Assembly (NCBI RefSeq): GCF_001457615.1
Contig: NZ_LN831024.1
Location: forward strand, 2,160,001-2,192,000
Source: Pseudomonas aeruginosa
Lineage (GTDB): Bacteria; Pseudomonadota; Gammaproteobacteria; Pseudomonadales; Pseudomonadaceae
Reading direction: 5' to 3'
Length of the DNA: 32,000 bases
Position 1 is the first letter of the stretch. Each line of letters opens with the position of its first letter. The notes beneath the pieces are model-generated. The model did no database searches. It worked only from the letters and a program-made list of their open reading frames with translations, and had not been told where the DNA came from. Position numbers and translations under genes: made by a program. Shown here piece after piece: positions 27,775-32,000 of the stretch.

Positions 27775-28547
27775 GCGCGCACCGGAGGAAATGGAAGGAG
27801 AGGCACTATGGACCCGCGACCGGCAAGGGTCGCGGGTGGCAGGCGGTCAGGCGTCGACGCCGCCCTGTTGCGCCGGAACAGCCAGGCAGCGGCCAGGCCG
27901 AGGGCGGCCCAGAACAGCGCATTGCTGACCAGCGAGGCGACCACGAAACGCTGGGCCAGGGCTTCCGGCGCCAGGCTGGCATGGACCTCGGGCTGCGGCG
28001 CGCCGAACAGGTGCGGCAGCGCCAGCAGGACGGCGCCGACCAGCTTCAGCGGCCAGTTGCCGCCGAACACCAGCAGGGCCAGGCCCACCGCGGTGGCGGC
28101 GGCGGTGGCGATCCACCAGTACTGGCGTTGCACCAGGTCGGCCGCGGCGGTACCCGGCAGCTCCGGCGGCAGGCCCAGCGACGGCGCCAGGCAGAACACC
28201 GCGTAGCCGGCCAGGCCCCAGAGCAGGCCCTGCCAGGTCTGGCCCGGCGCGCGCAGGGTGAAGAGGCCGGCGAGCATCAGGGCGAAGCCGACCGCCACCA
28301 CCAGGTTGCCGCCGGTGGTGGAGAGGGTACGCTGCCAGCCGTCCTCCGGCTCCCAGGCCTCCTCGTCGTGGACATGGGCGGCGACGCCGGGGGCGTGTTC
28401 GTGGGGCTGGGCCGCGACCGGCTCGCTCTTCTCGTAGGTCTCCGCCTCGAGGATCAGCGGGGTGACCCAGAGAATCTGCAGCAGGGTCAGCAGCAGGGCG
28501 GCGAGCAGGCCGGCGAAGCCGGCGGTCTGGGCGATGCGCTTGATCAT
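27747..28547 (-). CDS. cbtA: cobalt transporter subunit CbtA
   Basis: ATG 28547 with GAGGGAA upstream. MIKRIAQTAGFAGLL..., His-rich loop HEHAPGVAAHVHDEE and several TM segments. The long N-terminal extension in the ORF track was rejected. Confidence 0.75.
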   Translation of the reverse strand: MIKRIAQTAGFAGLLAALLLTLLQILWVTPLILEAETYEKSEPVAAQPHEHAPGVAAHVHDEEAWEPEDGWQRTLSTTGGNLVVAVGFALMLAGLFTLRAPGQTWQGLLWGLAGYAVFCLAPSLGLPPELPGTAAADLVQRQYWWIATAAATAVGLALLVFGGNWPLKLVGAVLLALPHLFGAPQPEVHASLAPEALAQRFVVASLVSNALFWAALGLAAAWLFRRNRAASTPDRLPPATLAGRGSIVPLLPFPPVRACPCPSPAC

Positions 28548-28564
28548 TCTGGTTCCCTCGCGAC

Positions 28565-28747
28565 TCAGTGGCAGGGGAAGCCGGAGCTGTGCCGGGTATC
28601 GTGGGCGGCGTTGTGTACCGCGTCGATGTGCGAGAAACCGGCGAAATAGACCAGCAGCGCGCCGAGCAGGCCGGCGCCGATGGCCAGGCTCAGTCGCTTC
28701 GACAGGGAGGTGGTGGAGCTGGCGTGCGCCAGGGTGCTGCTGGACAT
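28565..28747 (-). CDS. cbtB: cobalt transporter subunit CbtB
   Basis: 60 aa from ATG 28747. One TM helix and the characteristic C-terminus HDTRHSSGFPCH. Confidence 0.75.
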   Translation of the reverse strand: MSSSTLAHASSTTSLSKRLSLAIGAGLLGALLVYFAGFSHIDAVHNAAHDTRHSSGFPCH

Positions 28748-28849
28748 GGTGCGTTCCCTCTGGATTGGCATGGGCGTGGCAGAGGAGTACGCACGAGGAA
28801 CAGGCCCGGACGGCCCGCTTCACGCTTGCGCCCGCCCACCGCGGGTGAA

Positions 28850-29000
28850 TCAAACGAAAGGTTCCAGGCCGGTCTCCGGGCTCGCGCGCGATGCGCTTAC
28901 CGTTGCGGGGGCAGCGCCGGACTGGCTCGGAGAGCGTCACCGGCTTCCCGTTTCACCTCGTGCGCGCCGGCACGAGACACCTGGGACAACCCGCCTAGGA
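28850..29000 (-). promoter_or_regulatory. cobalamin (B12) riboswitch upstream of cbtB-cbtA
   Basis: The minus strand reads ...GGTGAAACGGGAAGCCGGTG...GCTGCCCCCGCAACGGTAAGC...GAGCCCGGAGACCGGCC (B12 box, complement of 28868-28884). Boundaries are approximate. Confidence 0.75.
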
Positions 29001-29059
29001 CAGCATGAAGGACCGCCGGGCGTCAACCGGCCCGATTGACCCTGGCCCGCGCACTGCGT

Positions 29060-29250
29060 AGCCTTGCCGGTTCGAGGTTCCTCGCCGGCGACGGCGGGGC
29101 TAAGAGGGAACGCGGTCGATGCCGCGGCTGCCCCCGCAACTGTGAACGGCGATCGTTCCCCAATGCCACTGCGTGACGCGGGAAGGCGGGGAACCGGCGG
29201 AGACGCCAGACCGTGAGCCAGGAGACCTGCCTCGTCGATCCCGTGGCGCG
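29060..29250 (+). promoter_or_regulatory. cobalamin (B12) riboswitch upstream of cobW-cobN
   Basis: The plus strand reads ...AAGAGGGAACGCGGT...GCTGCCCCCGCAACTGTGAACGG...GCCACTG...GAGCCAGGAGACCTGCC (B12 box, about 29215-29232). Boundaries are approximate. Confidence 0.75.
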
Positions 29251-29369
29251 ATGCCCGGGGACAAGACTTCCATACAACCGGGCGGGGTGATCCGGTGGCG
29301 AATCCGTTGCGCGGCCCCTGCGTCCGCGCCACTCGTCCGCATGCCCGCCGAGCTGAACAAGGGCTGCCC

Positions 29370-30422
29370 ATGAAAACCCTGGCGAAACTCCCCGTCACCA
29401 TCGTCACCGGCTTCCTCGGCGCCGGCAAGACCACCTTGCTCCGGCACATGCTGGACAACGCCGAAGGCCGGCGCATCGCGGTGATCGTCAACGAGTTCGG
29501 CGAACTCGGCATCGACGGCGAGATCCTCAAGCAATGTTCCATCGGCTGCAGCGAAGAAGAGGCGCAGGGCCGCGTTTTCGAGCTGGCCAACGGTTGCCTG
29601 TGCTGCACCGTGCAGGAAGAGTTCTTCCCGGTGATGCGCGAGCTGGTGGCGCGCCGCGGCGACCTTGACCAGATCCTCATCGAGACCAGCGGCCTGGCCC
29701 TGCCCAAGCCGCTGGTGCAGGCTTTCCAGTGGCCGGAAATCCGCAACGCCTGCACGGTCGACGCGGTGATCACCGTGGTCGACAGTCCGGCGGTGGCGGC
29801 CGGTACCTTCGCCGCCCATCCCGAGCAGGTGGACCAGCAACGCCGCCAGGACCCCAACCTCGACCATGAATCGCCGCTGCACGAACTGTTCGAGGACCAG
29901 TTGGCCAGTGCCGACCTGGTGATCCTGAACAAGGCCGACCAGCTCGACGCCGAGGCCCTGGCGCGGGTCCGCGCGGAGATCGCCGGGGAGCTGCCGGCGG
30001 CGGTGAAGATCGTCGAGGCGAGCCGGGGCGAGCTGCCGCTGCCGGTCTTGCTGGGACTCAACGCCGAGGCCGAGCTGCACATCGACGGCCGGCCGACCCA
30101 CCACGACCACGAGGGCCACGAGGACCACGACCACGACGAGTTCGACTCCTTCCACGTCGATCTCCCCGAGGTGGAGGAAGCTGCGCTGCTCGAGGCCCTC
30201 GGCGAGCTGGTGGAGCGTCACGACATACTTCGCATCAAGGGTTTCGCCGCCATTCCGGGCAAGCCCATGCGCCTGTTGGTACAGGGCGTCGGCAAGCGCT
30301 TCGACAGGCATTTCGACCGCAAGTGGCTGGCCGACGAAGTCCGCAGCACCCGGCTGGTGGTGATCGGCCAGGAGCTGGACCAGGCCGCCATTGCCAACCA
30401 GCTGCGCACAGCGCTTGCCTGA
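29370..30422 (+). CDS. cobW: CobW-family G3E GTPase (cobalamin biosynthesis)
   Basis: ATG 29370. VTIVTGFLGAGKTTLL P-loop, GCLCCTV metal motif and a His-rich stretch HHDHEGHEDHDHDEF. Confidence 0.9.
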   Translation: MKTLAKLPVTIVTGFLGAGKTTLLRHMLDNAEGRRIAVIVNEFGELGIDGEILKQCSIGCSEEEAQGRVFELANGCLCCTVQEEFFPVMRELVARRGDLDQILIETSGLALPKPLVQAFQWPEIRNACTVDAVITVVDSPAVAAGTFAAHPEQVDQQRRQDPNLDHESPLHELFEDQLASADLVILNKADQLDAEALARVRAEIAGELPAAVKIVEASRGELPLPVLLGLNAEAELHIDGRPTHHDHEGHEDHDHDEFDSFHVDLPEVEEAALLEALGELVERHDILRIKGFAAIPGKPMRLLVQGVGKRFDRHFDRKWLADEVRSTRLVVIGQELDQAAIANQLRTALA

Positions 30423-30497
30423 TCCGTGATCCCCGGCCGGGGCCGGCGATGGCGATTCGCCGGCCCCAGCTTCTTGCGTCCTACCGGTAGAACGTCC

Positions 30498-32000
30498 ATG
30501 CACCTGTTGCGCACCCAACCCGGCGGCTTCGTTCCCGACGACGGCATCGCCCACCTGGCCCAGACTCCCGCCGAGCTGGTGATCCTCTGCAGCGGCGATT
30601 CGCACCTCGCATTGCTGGCCGAGGCCGCCCGTGCGCTGCCGGACGACTACCCGAGCCTGCGCCTGGCCAACCCCATGCAGTTGCAGAACCACGCCTCGGT
30701 GGACCTCTACGTCGAGGAAGTGCTGCGGCACGCGCGGGTGATCCTGCTTTCGCTGCACGGCGGCATCGGCTACTGGCGCTACGGCGTGGAGCAACTGGTG
30801 GCGCTGGCCGAGCGCGGCGCGCTGCTGATCCCGGTGCCCGGCGACGACCGCCCCGACCCGGAGCTGAGCGCCCTCGGCAACCTGCCGGCGGAGCAGGCCG
30901 AGCGCTTCTGGCAATACTTGCGCCAGGGCGGCCTGGAGAACGCCGGGCAGTTCTACCGCTGCCTGGCCAGCCAGTGCCTCGGCCGCGACTACGCCTGGCG
31001 CGAACCGCAGGCGCTGCCGCGGGTGGCGCTGTTCCATCCACGGCATGCCGAGGCGACCCTGGAACACTGGCGTGCCGACTGGCAGGCCGGGCGTCCGGTG
31101 GTCGCGTTGCTGTTCTATCGCACCCACCTGCAGGCAGCCAACACCGCCTTCATCGCACGCTTCTGCGAACGCCTCGCGGCGCAGGGGCTCAACCCGTTGC
31201 CGATCGCGCTGGCCAGCCTCAAGGAAAGCGCCTGCCTGGCGCAGGTGGAAGACTGGCTGGAGCGCAGCGACGCCGCGCTGATCGTCAATACCACCGGTTT
31301 CGCCCAGTCCAATCCGGAGGCGCCCGAGTTGCGTCCGTTCCGTCGCGACGTGCCGGTATTGCAGGCGATCTGCTCGCTGGACAACCGCCCGCTCTGGCTG
31401 GACAACCCGCAAGGCCTGGGGCCGCGCGACCTGGCCATGCACGTGGCGCTGCCGGAGCTGGACGGGCGCATCGTCACCCGGCCGATCAGTTTCAAGGGCC
31501 TGGCCTGGCGCAGCGAACGCAGCGAGAGCGACGTGGTCTGCTATCTCGCCGACGACGAGCGCATGGATTTCGTCGCCGAACTGGCGCGGCGCTGGGCCGA
31601 GCTGGCGCGCAAGCCAAACGCGGAAAAACGGGTGGCGCTGGTGCTGGCCAACTACCCGACCCGCGATGGCCGGATCGGCAACGGCGTCGGCCTGGACACC
31701 CCGGCGGCGGCGCTGAACATCCTTCGTGCCCTGCGCCAGCAGGGCTATCCGGTCGACGGACTGCCCGCCAGCGGAACCGAGCTGATCCGCCAGTTGCTCG
31801 GCGGCGTCAGCAACGACCTGGAGCATCTCGACCTACGGCCCTGCGCCCAGAGCCTGGCGCTGGACGACTACCTGGCCTGCTTCGCACGCCTGCCGGAGCG
31901 CAATCGCCAGGCGGTGCTGGCGCGCTGGGGCGAGCCGCAACAGGACCCGATGTTCCGCGACGGACGAATGATGGTCGCCGGCCTGCGCTATGGCCTGACC
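30498..32000 (+). CDS. cobN: cobaltochelatase large subunit CobN (5' part, continues beyond the window)
   Basis: Open frame from ATG 30498 to the window end (501 codons, no stop), so it is absent from the closed-ORF track. MHLLRTQPGGFVPDDG... and the position after cobW fit CobN. Confidence 0.8.
   Translation, partial: MHLLRTQPGGFVPDDGIAHLAQTPAELVILCSGDSHLALLAEAARALPDDYPSLRLANPMQLQNHASVDLYVEEVLRHARVILLSLHGGIGYWRYGVEQLVALAERGALLIPVPGDDRPDPELSALGNLPAEQAERFWQYLRQGGLENAGQFYRCLASQCLGRDYAWREPQALPRVALFHPRHAEATLEHWRADWQAGRPVVALLFYRTHLQAANTAFIARFCERLAAQGLNPLPIALASLKESACLAQVEDWLERSDAALIVNTTGFAQSNPEAPELRPFRRDVPVLQAICSLDNRPLWLDNPQGLGPRDLAMHVALPELDGRIVTRPISFKGLAWRSERSESDVVCYLADDERMDFVAELARRWAELARKPNAEKRVALVLANYPTRDGRIGNGVGLDTPAAALNILRALRQQGYPVDGLPASGTELIRQLLGGVSNDLEHLDLRPCAQSLALDDYLACFARLPERNRQAVLARWGEPQQDPMFRDGRMMVAGLRYGLT

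Noticed and set aside
27747-27860. Possible second frameshift at the 3' end of cbtA (out-of-frame TGA at about 27848; 28-nt overlap with the cobE-like start)
   Set aside because: The cbtA frame is continuous to 27747. I cannot judge the native C-terminus without an alignment, and there is no direct evidence of a break.

Overview
High-GC Pseudomonas-type chromosomal segment. From memory, gene content and order match P. aeruginosa PAO1 PA2965 to PA2944 read in reverse; this was not checked against a database. Conserved backbone, in order: fabF 3' end, pabC, mltG, tmk, holB, pilZ, a TatD-family hydrolase, the RgsA sRNA locus, a divergent class-V aminotransferase/TetR pair, a radical-SAM gene, a lipoprotein, a DUF1285 protein, ETF-ubiquinone oxidoreductase, etfBA, fabV and plaF. 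A cobalamin block follows: cobM, cobE-like, cbtB/cbtA, two divergent B12 riboswitches, cobW and the cobN 5' part. The backbone is broken at 7154-18328 by an insertion of about 11.2 kb that looks AT-richer by eye and splits the radical-SAM gene inside its cysteine-motif codons. The insertion has no integrase or transposase of its own. It carries a type I (type IC-like) restriction-modification operon in the unusual order hsdR-hsdS-X-Y-hsdM. X is a PrrC-like AAA_13 ATPase/anticodon-nuclease candidate. Y is a 137-aa protein that looks like a RhuM-family protein lacking its central core. The three downstream junctions of the operon are tightly coupled, two of them by ATGA overlaps. The insertion also carries a small ribbon-helix-helix gene just upstream of hsdR, a DUF6088/AbiEi-like gene cut by an IS407-group IS3-family element whose transposase is itself frame-broken, an unassigned CxxC...CxxC small ORF, and a C10 tract. 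Outside the insertion, the most notable points are an apparent 1-nt frameshift in the cobE-like gene, the back-to-back cobalamin riboswitches, and a PsrA-type operator in the etf divergent promoter region. The many long ORFs antisense to real genes are treated as high-GC artefacts.
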